Below, piece by piece: positions 9,662-18,616 of a DNA stretch of 64,000 nt. The notes below the pieces were generated by a model. It ran no database searches. It was not told where the DNA came from and worked only from the letters and a program-made list of their open reading frames with translations. Each line of letters starts with the position of its first letter. Position 1 is the stretch's first letter. The stretch comes from an uncultured Actinomycetota bacterium (GTDB lineage: Bacteria > Actinomycetota > Actinomycetes > Propionibacteriales > Nocardioidaceae), in the NCBI GenBank assembly GCA_963795095.1, contig CAWCGM010000050.1, forward strand, positions 1,078-65,077. Reading direction: 5' to 3'. The position numbers and the translations under genes are program-made.

Positions 9662-9884
9662 GAGGCCTTCGGCGGCCATGAGTCGCTCCCTGGGCCCCCC
9701 GGGCCCATAGACGCGCTCCGAGCTGTCTACGGGCCGTTCTGCGCACCCTCAGCCCATCGCAACGGCCAGTCGCGGCCGACATGCAGGAGTCAGAGCGTCA
9801 CAACCGCGCGTGCGATTTCAAAGTGAGCCCAAAGTGAGCCTTAAGGCCGGTTCTGCGGCGTCGACCCCGACGACCCGAATCGCA

Positions 9885-11099
9885 TCACCGCAGGTCAGAG
9901 CCGTTTTTCGTGAGCAGCGCGACGCATTCGACGTGGTGCGTCATCGGGAAGAGGTCGAAGGCGCGGATCGCGGTGAGCTCGTAGTCGTGCTCGGCGAAGA
10001 TCGCCACGTCGCGGGCGAGCGCGGCGGGGTCGCAGGCGACGTACGCCACCGCGCGGGGGCGCCGGTCGACGACCTGCTCCACGACGGCGCGCTTGGCGCC
10101 CTCGCGGGGCGGGTCGAGGACGACGAGGTCGAAGGGCTCGTCGAGGCCCGAGCGGAGGACGCGGTCGGTCGGGCCGCACTCGACGCTCGCGCTCTTCAGC
10201 GCCGCGAGGTTGCCGCGGGCGTGCTGGCAGGCCGTGCGGTCGGCCTCGACCGCCACCACGCGCGCACCGGTCGCCTCGCCGACGAAGCGGGCGAACAGGC
10301 CCACGCCGGCGTAGAGGTCGAGGGTGCGCTCCCCCGGCGCCGGCGCGAGCAGCTCCATCACGGCCTCGACCAGCACCCGCGGGGCCTCGGGGTGGACCTG
10401 CCAGAAGCCGTCGGCCGCGACGCTGAACGGGTGTTCCTGCCCGGACGCGGCGACCTCGTGGGTGTCCGGGTCCCGTGACGGACGCTGGGCGCCCTCCTCG
10501 ACCAGCGAGTCGGCCGGGCGCGCGCCGTCGGCGGCGATCAGGCAGTCGTCGACGGGCACCAGGTCGTGGGAGCGGTGCTGGCGCATCGCGGGACGGCCGT
10601 CGGGGGTCATCGCGTAGCGCTGTCGCGTGCGCCAGCGCAGGCCGTCGTCGTCCCGGCCGGGCACCGGCACGGCCTCCACCCGGAGGCCGGAGACGAGCTC
10701 GGAGGCGGGATCGAGGCGGCCGAGCCGCACGAGCTGCTCGCGCACCACCGCGGTCTTCAGGTCGCGCTGGGCGGGCAGCGTGACGTGCTGGAAGTCGCAG
10801 CCGCCGCACAGGCCGGGACCGGCGTAGGGGCACGGCGGCTCGACGCGGTCCGGCGAGGCCTGCACGACCGACACGGCGTCGCCGCGCCAGAACCGGTCGC
10901 CGTCCGTGCCCTCGGTGATCTCGACGACGACCCGCTCGCCGGGCAGCGCGTGACGCACGAACACCACCCGCGCCTCCGGCTCGGGAAGGCGTACGACGCA
11001 GTGGCCGCCGTGGGCGATCGCACCGACCTCGGCCTCGAAGCGCTCGCCGACCCGGGAGCGTCCGCGGGGCTTGCGGACCCGGGTCGTACGTCGACTCAT
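9885..11099 (-). CDS. TRAM-domain class I SAM-dependent RNA (uracil-5) methyltransferase, TrmA/RumA family
   Basis: 404 aa. Fe-S Cys cluster PPCPYAGPGLCGGCDFQH. SAM-binding region LDLYAGVGLF. C-terminal catalytic VAYVACDPAALARD. Confidence 0.8.
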   Translation of the reverse strand: MSRRTTRVRKPRGRSRVGERFEAEVGAIAHGGHCVVRLPEPEARVVFVRHALPGERVVVEITEGTDGDRFWRGDAVSVVQASPDRVEPPCPYAGPGLCGGCDFQHVTLPAQRDLKTAVVREQLVRLGRLDPASELVSGLRVEAVPVPGRDDDGLRWRTRQRYAMTPDGRPAMRQHRSHDLVPVDDCLIAADGARPADSLVEEGAQRPSRDPDTHEVAASGQEHPFSVAADGFWQVHPEAPRVLVEAVMELLAPAPGERTLDLYAGVGLFARFVGEATGARVVAVEADRTACQHARGNLAALKSASVECGPTDRVLRSGLDEPFDLVVLDPPREGAKRAVVEQVVDRRPRAVAYVACDPAALARDVAIFAEHDYELTAIRAFDLFPMTHHVECVALLTKNGSDLR

Positions 11100-11106
11100 C
11101 CGACCC

Positions 11107-13201
11107 TCACAGGTCGTCGGTCGGGCCGGGACGGTTGCGGCGCGACGTGACGCGCCCGCGGCGCAGGTCGCCGGCGTGCACCCGTTCCTCGTCGCGCTTC
11201 TCCCGCTCCTGCGCGACCTGCGAGGACCGCAGCTGGTAGGGGACGCTGATGACCATCACGCCGGGCGTGAACAGCAGGCGGCCCTTCAGCCGCAGCGCCG
11301 TCTGGTTGTGCAGCAGCTGCTCCCACCAGCGGCCGACGACGTACTCCGGGATGTAGACCGCGACGACGCCGCGGGGGCTCGCGCGGCGGATCTCCTGCGT
11401 GTACTCGACGATCGGCCGGACGACCTCGCGGTAGGGCGAGTGCAGCACCTTGAGCGGGATGTCGAGGTGCCGGTCGTCCCACTCCTCCAGCAGCCGGTTG
11501 GTCGCCTTGGTGTCGATGCTGACGTAGATCGCCTCGAGCACGTTGGGGCGGGTCGCGCGGGCGAAGGCGAGCGCGCGCAGCGTCGGCTTGTGCAGCTTGG
11601 AGGCGAGCACGATGGCGTGGACGCGGGTCGGCATCACCTTGTCCTGCTCGTCGGCCGCGAGCTCGAGCTCGACCCGGGCGTAGTGGCGGCCGATGGCCTG
11701 CATCAGCATGAAGAAGAAGCCCATCGCGAGGATCGTGATCCAGGCGCCGGCCAGGAACTTGGTGACCAGCACGATCACCAGCACGACGGCGGTCATGCCG
11801 AGGCCGAAGGTGTTGATCGCCCGCGAGCGCAGCATCCGCCGCCGGGCCGCCGGGTCGCGCTCCGTCGCGAGGTGCCGCGTCCAGTGGCGGATCATGCCGA
11901 GCTGGCTGAGGTTGAAGGAGACGAAGACGCCGACGATGTAGAGCTGGATCAGCTTGGTGGTCTCGGCGTCGAACACGATGATCAGCAGGATCGACATCGC
12001 CGCGAGGAACACGATGCCGTTGCTGTAGGCGAGCCGGTCCCCCCGCGAGCCCAGCGAGCGCGGCGCGAGGCCGTCCTGGGCCAGGATCGAGCCGAGCACC
12101 GGGAAGCCGTTGAACGCGGTGTTGGCGGCGAGCACGAGGATGATCCCGGTCACCGTCACCACGAAGTAGAAGCCCGGCGGGAAGTGGTCGAAGACGCCGT
12201 TGGCGATCTGGGAGATCACCGGGTGCTGGTCGTAGCCCTCGGGGAGGGCACCGCCGCCGGCGGCGCGCAGCCGATCGAGCTGGTGCGGGTCGACGTAGCG
12301 GATGCTCATCTGCTTGGCGAGGACGATGACGCTCAGCATCATCGAGATCGCGATCAGGCCGAGCAGCAGGAGCGTGGTCGCCGCGTTGCGGCTCTTGGGC
12401 TTGCGGAAGGCGGGTACGCCGTTGCTGATCGCCTCCACCCCGGTCAGGGCGGCACACCCCGAGGAGAAGGCTCGGGCCAGGAGGAACATCAGCGCGACCT
12501 GCGAGAGCGGGCCGTCCCAGCCCTCCTCGGGGACGATCTCCAGCCCGGCGCTCTCGGCCTGCGGGAGGTCACCCGCCAGGAGCTGGAGCAGGCCGTAGCC
12601 GCACATGCCGAGGATCGCGACCATGAAGAGGTAGGTCGGCACCGCGAAGAAGGCGCCCGACTCCCTCACGCCGCGCAGGTTCATCGCCGTCAGCACGATC
12701 ACGGGCCACGCCGCGCAGGTTCATCGCCGTCAGCACGACCACGGCGACGGTGGCAGCCGAGGCCTCGTGCCCGATCAGGGCGGGTATCGCTCCCGCGGCG
12801 TACTGGGCCGCCGACGAGATGGACACCGCGACGGTGAGGACGTAGTCGACCAGCAGGGCGCTCGCGACGGTCACGCCCGCGTTGCGACCGAGGTTGACCG
12901 TGGCGACCTCGTAGTCGCCGCCACCGGAGGGGTAGGCGTGCACCGTCTGGCGGTAGGACGCGATCACGGTCAGCATCACGACCGCGACGGCGATGCCGAT
13001 CTTCCAGGACCACACATAGGTCGACGCCCCGGCGACGGCCAGCATGATGAAGACCTCGTCGGGTGCGTACGCCACGGACGACAGCGCGTCGCTGGCGAAC
13101 ACCGGTAGCGCGATGCGCTTGGGAAGAAGGGTCTCGCCGAGCTGGCTGCTCCGGAGCTTGCGCCCGAGCAGGATCCGCTTCGAGACGTCGCCGACACTCA
13201 C
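11107..13201 (-). pseudogene. APC-superfamily permease with a cytoplasmic C-terminal domain, split by a 40-bp tandem duplication
   Basis: The N-terminal 160 aa (GTG at 13201; LPVFASDALSSVAYAPDEV...VVVLTAMNLRGV) are in ORF 12569..13402. The remainder (VLTAMNLRGVRESGAFFAVPTY...) is in ORF 11107..12702. The junction is the duplicated segment 12667-12746. Confidence 0.75.
12667..12746. repeat. imperfect 40-bp tandem duplication (2 copies)
   Basis: 12667-12706 is cacgccgcgcaggttcatcgccgtcagcacgatcacgggc. 12707-12746 is cacgccgcgcaggttcatcgccgtcagcacgaccacggcg. The first 32 nt are identical and there are 3 differences in the last 8. Confidence 0.9.
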
Positions 13202-13256
13202 GGACGAGAGCGTAGACCGCCCGACGCCGTTCTCCGCGCTGGGATACGGTTCGGAC

Positions 13257-13919
13257 GTGCACGTCGTGATCATGGGTTGTGGCCGCGTCGGTTCGACGCT
13301 CGCCCGCAGCCTCGAGGACCGCAACCACACCGTGTCGATCATCGACAGCGAACCGGACTCGTTCCGCCGGCTCGGGCCGGAGTTCAACGGCGACAAGATC
13401 ACCGGCTACGGGTTCGACCAGCAGGTCCTCGAGAAGGCCGGCATCCGTCGCGCCGACGCGTTCGCTGCCGTCTCCAGCGGTGACAACTCCAACATCATCG
13501 CCGCGCGGGTGGCACGCGAGACGTTCGGCCTCCAGCAGGTCGTCGCCCGCATCTACGACCCCGGCCGCGCCGAGGTCTACCAGCGCCTCGGCATCACGAC
13601 GGTCGCCACGGTGAAGTGGACCGCCGACCAGATCCTCCGCCGGCTGCTGCCCGCCGGCGCCGAGCCCGACTTCCGCGACCCGTCGGGCACGATCCGCGTC
13701 GACCACGTCCCGATCCCGGAGGCGTGGATCGGCAACCGCACGGTCGAGTTCCAGATGCAGTCCCGCAGCCGGATCGCGTGGATCGACCGCCTCGGCGAGG
13801 GCATGCTGCCCACCCGCGAGACGGTCCTCCAGGAGGGCGACATGCTGCACCTGGTCATGCGCGAGGAGCACGCCGCCCACGCCTACTCGGTGCTCGAGTC
13901 CGGGCCCGAGGACGACTGA
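13257..13919 (+). CDS. trkA: TrkA-type K+ transport NAD-binding protein (ceoB-like)
   Basis: VHVVIMGCGRVGSTLARSL Rossmann motif plus a TrkA-C domain. The GTG at 13257 is preferred over the ATG at 13272. Confidence 0.85.
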   Translation: MHVVIMGCGRVGSTLARSLEDRNHTVSIIDSEPDSFRRLGPEFNGDKITGYGFDQQVLEKAGIRRADAFAAVSSGDNSNIIAARVARETFGLQQVVARIYDPGRAEVYQRLGITTVATVKWTADQILRRLLPAGAEPDFRDPSGTIRVDHVPIPEAWIGNRTVEFQMQSRSRIAWIDRLGEGMLPTRETVLQEGDMLHLVMREEHAAHAYSVLESGPEDD

Positions 13920-13961
13920 CCGTGATCGAGAGCCCCACCGGAACACAGGAGCACTGCTGAC

Positions 13962-14633
13962 ATGCGCGTCGCCATCGCCGGAGCCGGAGCCGTGGGTCGC
14001 TCGATCGCGCGCGAGCTGATCGAGAACGGCCACCAGGTCCTGCTCATCGACAAGAACCCGTCCTCGATCCGGCCCGAGCGCGTCCCCAACGCCGAGTGGC
14101 TGCTGGCCGACTCGTGCGAGCTGTCGTCGCTCTCCGAGGCCCAGCTGGGCAAGTGCGACGTGGTGATCGCCGCCACCGGTGACGACAAGGCCAACCTGGT
14201 GACGTCGTTGCTCGCCAAGACCGAGTTCGGCGTGCCGCGCACGGTCGCCCGGGTCAACCACCCCAACAACGAGTGGCTCTTCACCGAGGCCTGGGGAGTC
14301 GACGTCAACGTGTCGACCCCCCGCATCATGTCGGCGCTGGTGGAGGAGGCCGTCTCGATCGGCGACCTGGTGCGGCTGTTCACCTTCCGCCAGGGCAATG
14401 CCAACCTGGTCGAGCTGACGCTGTCGGCGGACTCCCCCTACGTCGGTACGCCGGCCGGGCTGGTGCCCTTCCCCGAGAACTGCGCGCTCGTCACGATCCT
14501 GCGCGACGGACAGGTCTACACGCCCGACGCGGAGCAGCCGCTGGAGTCGGGCGACGAGCTGCTGTTCGTCATCCCGGCCGACGTCGAGAACGAGCTCGAG
14601 CGCCTGCTCTCCCCCAGCCAGCACCACGGCTGA
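13962..14633 (+). CDS. trkA: TrkA-type K+ transport NAD-binding protein (ceoC-like)
   Basis: MRVAIAGAGAVGRSIAREL Rossmann motif plus a TrkA-C domain. It is tandem with the previous gene. Confidence 0.85.
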   Translation: MRVAIAGAGAVGRSIARELIENGHQVLLIDKNPSSIRPERVPNAEWLLADSCELSSLSEAQLGKCDVVIAATGDDKANLVTSLLAKTEFGVPRTVARVNHPNNEWLFTEAWGVDVNVSTPRIMSALVEEAVSIGDLVRLFTFRQGNANLVELTLSADSPYVGTPAGLVPFPENCALVTILRDGQVYTPDAEQPLESGDELLFVIPADVENELERLLSPSQHHG

Positions 14634-14654
14634 GCCTGCGTCGTCGTACGACCC

Positions 14655-15389
14655 TCAGGCGGGCGTCGCGTCCGACCGCACGGGCGTGCGGTTGCGGGAG
14701 AGCAGCCACACCATCGAGCCGAGCGCCGCGAGCTGGAGCGGCCAGCCCAGCACGATCTTCGAGACGCCCAGGATCGCCACGGCCGTGTCGGGGTCGATCG
14801 ACGCCGAGCTGCCGGCGAGCCAGATCGGAGCCTGGATCGCGACCCGCAGCAGGCACGGAGCGACCAGCAGCCAGGTGAGCCGGGTGCAGAGCCTGACGAC
14901 CGGCTTGTCCTGGTGCCACGCGGTCGGGTCGCCGGTGATGCTGCCGACCATGAAGCCCACCAGCGGCCAGCCGATGAGGCAGGTGAACGCCAGCACGACG
15001 GCGTACCCGCCGTTGTAGAGGATGCCGGGCAGGAAGTAGGCCAGCGCCTGGTCCTGCTCGGAGCCGCCCGCGGCTGCGGAGCGGTGCACGAAGTACCACC
15101 CGATCGCGATCCCGAAGAGCGCGTTGACGACGAACTGGACCGTCGAGCGCTGCACCAGCCGGACGGCGAGCAGCACCAGCGCCGCGCCCACGCTGACCAT
15201 CAGCGCGAGGTCGAGGTCGCGCTGCGTCAGCCACGTCAGGGTGAAGAGGACGGTCGGCACGGCCGCCTCGGCCATGCCGCGGCGACCTCCGAGCGCCTTG
15301 GAGAGCTGCTGGCGCACGACCGCCTCGACGGTCTCGGTCTCGACCTTCTCCGGTCCGCCCTCCCGGGGCGTGGGGGCTCCCTCCGTCAC
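14655..15389 (-). CDS. DUF3159 family membrane protein
   Basis: GTG at 15389 overlaps the upstream stop (GTGA). It is a polytopic protein in the conserved position next to the OB-fold gene. Confidence 0.7.
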   Translation of the reverse strand: MTEGAPTPREGGPEKVETETVEAVVRQQLSKALGGRRGMAEAAVPTVLFTLTWLTQRDLDLALMVSVGAALVLLAVRLVQRSTVQFVVNALFGIAIGWYFVHRSAAAGGSEQDQALAYFLPGILYNGGYAVVLAFTCLIGWPLVGFMVGSITGDPTAWHQDKPVVRLCTRLTWLLVAPCLLRVAIQAPIWLAGSSASIDPDTAVAILGVSKIVLGWPLQLAALGSMVWLLSRNRTPVRSDATPA

Positions 15390-15748
15390 GGGCGGAGCTC
15401 GTAGCGCGGGTTGAACATCAGCGGGACGCCGCCCTGGCGTCCGATGCAGCCCGCCACCGTCATCGAGCGGCCGGGGTCGACCCCGGTGATCCGCCGGCGG
15501 CCGAGCCACACGACGGTGATCACGCCGGAGCCGTCGTCGAGCTCGGCCTCGAGGGCCGGTACGCCGCCGCGCGGGCGCAGCGTGACGGTGCGCAGGACGC
15601 CGTTGACGACCACCTGCTCGCGCTCGGGGGCGTCGGCGATGGCCACCGCCTCCTCGGTCACCGAGGACTGGCGCAGGTCGCGCTGGTGCGCCTCACCGCT
15701 GTCGGCCCACTTGGACAGGGCCTGCCGCAGCCTGCTCTTCTCCGCCAC
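15386..15748 (-). CDS. OB-fold nucleic-acid-binding domain protein
   Basis: 120 aa. It occupies the conserved position between the DUF3710 and DUF3159 genes. Sequence includes VVVNGVLRTVTLRPRGGVPALEAELDDGSGVITVVWLGRR. Confidence 0.7.
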   Translation of the reverse strand: MAEKSRLRQALSKWADSGEAHQRDLRQSSVTEEAVAIADAPEREQVVVNGVLRTVTLRPRGGVPALEAELDDGSGVITVVWLGRRRITGVDPGRSMTVAGCIGRQGGVPLMFNPRYELRP

Positions 15749-15751
15749 GGG

Positions 15752-16399
15752 TCACTGCACCCGGCGGGCGTCGTCCGGCAGCCGGACCGGGAGGGGCTCG
15801 CCGACCGGCATGGCCTGCTCGCCGCGTCGTACGACGACCTGGGCGAGCGCGTCCTCCCACTCCGCGGTGTTGTCGGGGTCGAGCGCCGGTCGGCCGAGGA
15901 ACGAGGCGCGGAGCATCCAGCGGTCGCCGTTGATGCCGATGATCCGCGACGGCTGCGTGGCGTCGGTGCCGTCGGGGCGCTTCACGGGCATCTGGCACAC
16001 CAGCTCGGTGCCCCAGCGACCCTCGCGCTCGGTGGCCTCGCCGCCGCGGCGGGCCATGTCCGCGGCGATCTGCGGCCGCACGTCGGACCAGAGGTCACCG
16101 TTGCGGGGGGCCGCGAAGGCCTGGAACTCGCACGCTCCGTCCGAGCCGGCGAGCATCACCGAACGCACCAGTCCGCTCTGCTCGTCGACCTGGAGCCGGA
16201 GCTCGCGGTCGGCGATCGCGGGCACGAGCACGGACCCGAGGTCGGCGCGGTCGATGCCGTCGCCCTCGACCTGCGACACGTCGAACGGGCCGGTGCGGGT
16301 GTCTGGCGTCTCGGTGGCCCCATCGGTCGAGGTGCCAGTGGTCGGGGTGTCCTCACCCTCGGCGGCGTCGGTGGCCTGTGCCTTGCGGCGGAACTTCAC
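15752..16399 (-). CDS. DUF3710 family protein
   Basis: 215 aa. GPFDVSQVEGDGIDRADLGSVLVP... It is the conserved neighbour of dut in Actinobacteria. Confidence 0.75.
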   Translation of the reverse strand: MKFRRKAQATDAAEGEDTPTTGTSTDGATETPDTRTGPFDVSQVEGDGIDRADLGSVLVPAIADRELRLQVDEQSGLVRSVMLAGSDGACEFQAFAAPRNGDLWSDVRPQIAADMARRGGEATEREGRWGTELVCQMPVKRPDGTDATQPSRIIGINGDRWMLRASFLGRPALDPDNTAEWEDALAQVVVRRGEQAMPVGEPLPVRLPDDARRVQ

Positions 16400-16427
16400 G
16401 TCAACATCTCCTTGCTAGCGAACCGGC

Positions 16428-16898
16428 TCATGGTCGCGCACCGGTACCTGTAGAACCGTAGCCCCCGTCGCCCCGGACCGAGTCCGGCAGCACCCCCACC
16501 TCGACGAACCGGGCGCGCTCGAACTTCTGCACGACGAGCTGGGCGATCCGGTCGCCGCGCGCGAGCGTCACCGACTCGGTCGGGTCGTGGTTGATCAGCA
16601 TCACCTTGATCTCGCCGCGGTAGCCCGCGTCGACCGTGCCGGGGCTGTTGACGATCGAGAGCCCGTGGCGCGCCGCGAGGCCCGAGCGCGGGTGCACGAG
16701 CGCGACGTAGCCGTCCGGGAGGGCGATCGACAGCCCCGTCGGCACCATCGCCCGCTCCCCCGGCCCCAGGGTGATGTCCACGGTCGTGTGGAGGTCGGCG
16801 CCGGCGTCGCCGGGATGGGCGTACGACGGCAGCGGCAGGTCCGGGTCGAGGCGGACGACGGCGATGTCGAGGTCGGGGTGGGCGGACTGGTCGGGCAC
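16428..16898 (-). CDS. dut: dUTP diphosphatase
   Basis: Motifs [23 protein letters not shown] and RIAQLV, with a C-terminal GGYGSTG. Confidence 0.9.
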   Translation of the reverse strand: MPDQSAHPDLDIAVVRLDPDLPLPSYAHPGDAGADLHTTVDITLGPGERAMVPTGLSIALPDGYVALVHPRSGLAARHGLSIVNSPGTVDAGYRGEIKVMLINHDPTESVTLARGDRIAQLVVQKFERARFVEVGVLPDSVRGDGGYGSTGTGARP

Positions 16899-16936
16899 GA
16901 GGAAGGAATCTATAGGCCATCTATAGGATCTGGGCC

Positions 16937-17395
16937 GTGGACTACGCCGAACGCCTCACCGTCCCGCTGCGCTGGTGGGTGCAGGGCACGATGCTGGTGG
17001 CGTCGTTGTGGCTCGCGTTCATCGTGGCCGTCCCCGAGCCCCTGGCGTGGTCGATCGCCGCCGGCGCGCTGGTCGTGATGGTGGCGCTCTTCGTGGCCTA
17101 CGGCCGCCCGCGGGTCTCCGTGGAGAACGGCACCTTCAGCGCCGGTCGCGCCCGCATCGGCCTCGAGCACGTCGGCGAGGTGACGGCGCTGGACGCCGAC
17201 GGCGTACGCCGGCAGGCGGGCGTCGACGCGGACGCACGGGCGTACCTCCTGCTGCGTCCCTACCTCAAGCGCGGGGTGCGGGTCGACATCACGGACCCGG
17301 CCGACCCGGCGCCGTACTGGCTGGTGAGCTGCCGTCGTCCGGAGGCCCTGGTCACGGCCGTCCGGGTGGGCCGGACCGCGGGACGCTCTGGATAG
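16937..17395 (+). CDS. DUF3093 family membrane protein
   Basis: 152 aa. Two N-terminal TM helices, then [13 protein letters not shown]. It is divergent from dut, as in other Actinobacteria. Confidence 0.7.
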   Translation: MDYAERLTVPLRWWVQGTMLVASLWLAFIVAVPEPLAWSIAAGALVVMVALFVAYGRPRVSVENGTFSAGRARIGLEHVGEVTALDADGVRRQAGVDADARAYLLLRPYLKRGVRVDITDPADPAPYWLVSCRRPEALVTAVRVGRTAGRSG

Positions 17396-17396
17396 G

Positions 17397-17735
17397 GTGG
17401 CCGACATGGCCTCCCAGGAACCCTCGAACAGCAAGTTCTTCTCGGCGTTCTCCCTCGTCGCCGCCGTCGGTGCTGCCGCCGTGGCCAAGAAGGTGCTCAC
17501 CACCTCGTGGCGAGCGGCGACCGGCAAGAACCCGCCCGCCAACCCCGCCGACCCCGACGTGGGCATGGGCGAGGCCGTCATGTTCGCCGCGGTCAGCGGC
17601 ACCCTCATCGGCGTGGCCCGGATGCTGGCCGCCCGCCGCGCAGCCGGCTACTACGCCAAGTCGACCGGTCACCTGCCGCCGCAGCTGAAGAAGGACGGCC
17701 AGGACGCGTCGAAGGCCGCGGCTCCGACCTCCTGA
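17397..17735 (+). CDS. DUF4235 family protein
   Basis: 112 aa. FSAFSLVAAVGAAAVAKKVLTTSWRAATGKNPP is the signature-like N-terminus. Confidence 0.65.
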   Translation: MADMASQEPSNSKFFSAFSLVAAVGAAAVAKKVLTTSWRAATGKNPPANPADPDVGMGEAVMFAAVSGTLIGVARMLAARRAAGYYAKSTGHLPPQLKKDGQDASKAAAPTS

Positions 17736-17828
17736 GGCGCGCCCGCGCGCACCCGCTCCGGGACGGCAAGCGCATCGACCCTTCCTCGGGACTCTGGACT
17801 CTGGGGCCATCACGTCCCTGAGGCGCCG

Positions 17829-17972
17829 CCACTGACCATTGAGTCGCTGAGCGACTGACGGCCCCACGGGGCTCCGGGCCCTGTCACTGGCCGTTGAGTC
17901 GCCCAGAGACTCACGACTGCCAGCCTCCGACCCTGGGCGCTCACGGGCCATGAGTCTCCGACGGACTCACCG
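17829..17972. repeat. three tandem REP-like hairpin units, consensus CACKGRCCRTTGAGTC-N7-GACTSA, period 54-57 bp
   Basis: Units lie at about 17831-17859, 17885-17914 and 17942-17970. Each contains GAGTC-N7-GACT(C/G) able to form a hairpin. They sit in the convergent intergenic space. Confidence 0.65.
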
Positions 17973-18047
17973 CGCGGGCGGGCGCAGCGACGGACGACAG
18001 CGCAGCACCGCCAGCCGCGTGATCCGGAGCAGGTCCCGAGGACGACA

Positions 18048-18078
18048 GCGCCCGCTCCCCCCTGGCGGGGGAGCGGGC
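18048..18078 (-). terminator. GC-rich hairpin downstream of the DUF4193 gene
   Basis: CGCCCGCTCCCCC-ctggc-GGGGGAGCGGGCG is a perfect 13-bp stem, 33 nt past the stop at 18111. There is no T tract. Confidence 0.5.
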
Positions 18079-18110
18079 GTCGTGCGTGCTCGCCGCTGAT
18101 CAGGTGCTGA

Positions 18111-18401
18111 TCAGATGCAGTCGCGGCAGATGAGCTTCTTCTCATCGGCGAGCTGCGAGCGGTGGTGAACCAGGAAGCAGCTCATGCAGGTGAACTCGTC
18201 GTCCTGCCGCGGCATGACCTCGACCGCCAGCTCCTCGTGCGAGAGGTCGGCACCGGGCAGCTCGAATGATTCGGCAGCCTCGGTCTCGTCCTCGTCGACC
18301 TTGCCGGAGTTCTTGTCGTGGCGTCGGGCCTTGAGCTCCTCGATGCTCTCCTCGCTCTGGTCCTCCTCGGACTTGCGCGGCGCGTCGTAGTCGGTGGCCA
18401 T
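18111..18401 (-). CDS. DUF4193 family protein
   Basis: Internal ATG at 18401. MATDYDAPRKSEEDQSEESIEELKARR...EFTCMSCFLVHHRSQLA...CRDC is a highly conserved actinobacterial protein. Confidence 0.75.
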   Translation of the reverse strand: MATDYDAPRKSEEDQSEESIEELKARRHDKNSGKVDEDETEAAESFELPGADLSHEELAVEVMPRQDDEFTCMSCFLVHHRSQLADEKKLICRDCI

Positions 18402-18616
18402 CGATTCCTCTCCCCATACGGAGGTCCCGGGCCGGCCGGTTCGAGGCGCGGAGGTGGGACCCAGTTGTGCTCGTCGTCGGCGCAGATTGTGCACCATGGA
18501 TCGGCCCCGTGGTGGGCCGGTCCGCGACGTGTCGCCTGAACAGTGGGGTACGCCTCCCTATTCCCGCAATCCCGGCCGCGACCGGTCATTCGTTCGAGGG
18601 CGTGCCGGGCGTCCCC

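Larger units (their letters stand above)
5075..9885. mobile_element. putative remnant integrative island (lower GC; xis-int at the right end; borders not defined)
   Basis: Base composition and third-codon-position GC drop visibly relative to the flanks. An excisionase-like gene and a tyrosine integrase gene lie at 8070-9661. About 1 kb at 5.1-6.1 kb has no assignable coding. I found no tRNA or att repeat. Confidence 0.4.

Noticed and set aside
9819-9840. The perfect tandem 11-mer CAAAGTGAGCC x2 as an independent feature.
   Set aside because: It is too short and has only two copies. I mention it only as a possible att-related landmark inside the island finding.
7740-9884. A tRNA gene or attL/attR direct repeats associated with the integrase.
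   Set aside because: I read 7740-8069 and 9662-9884 on both strands and found no cloverleaf-compatible sequence or T-loop-like GGTTCGAATCC-type motif. I also found no repeat shared with the 5075-5150 edge. A computational tRNA scan and self-alignment would be more reliable than my reading.
17829-17972. A possible mini CRISPR array: about 29-nt repeats separated by about 26-nt spacers.
   Set aside because: There are only three units, they are only roughly three-quarters identical, and each is an internal hairpin with a variable loop. No cas genes are nearby. The pattern is better described as a set of REP-like elements.
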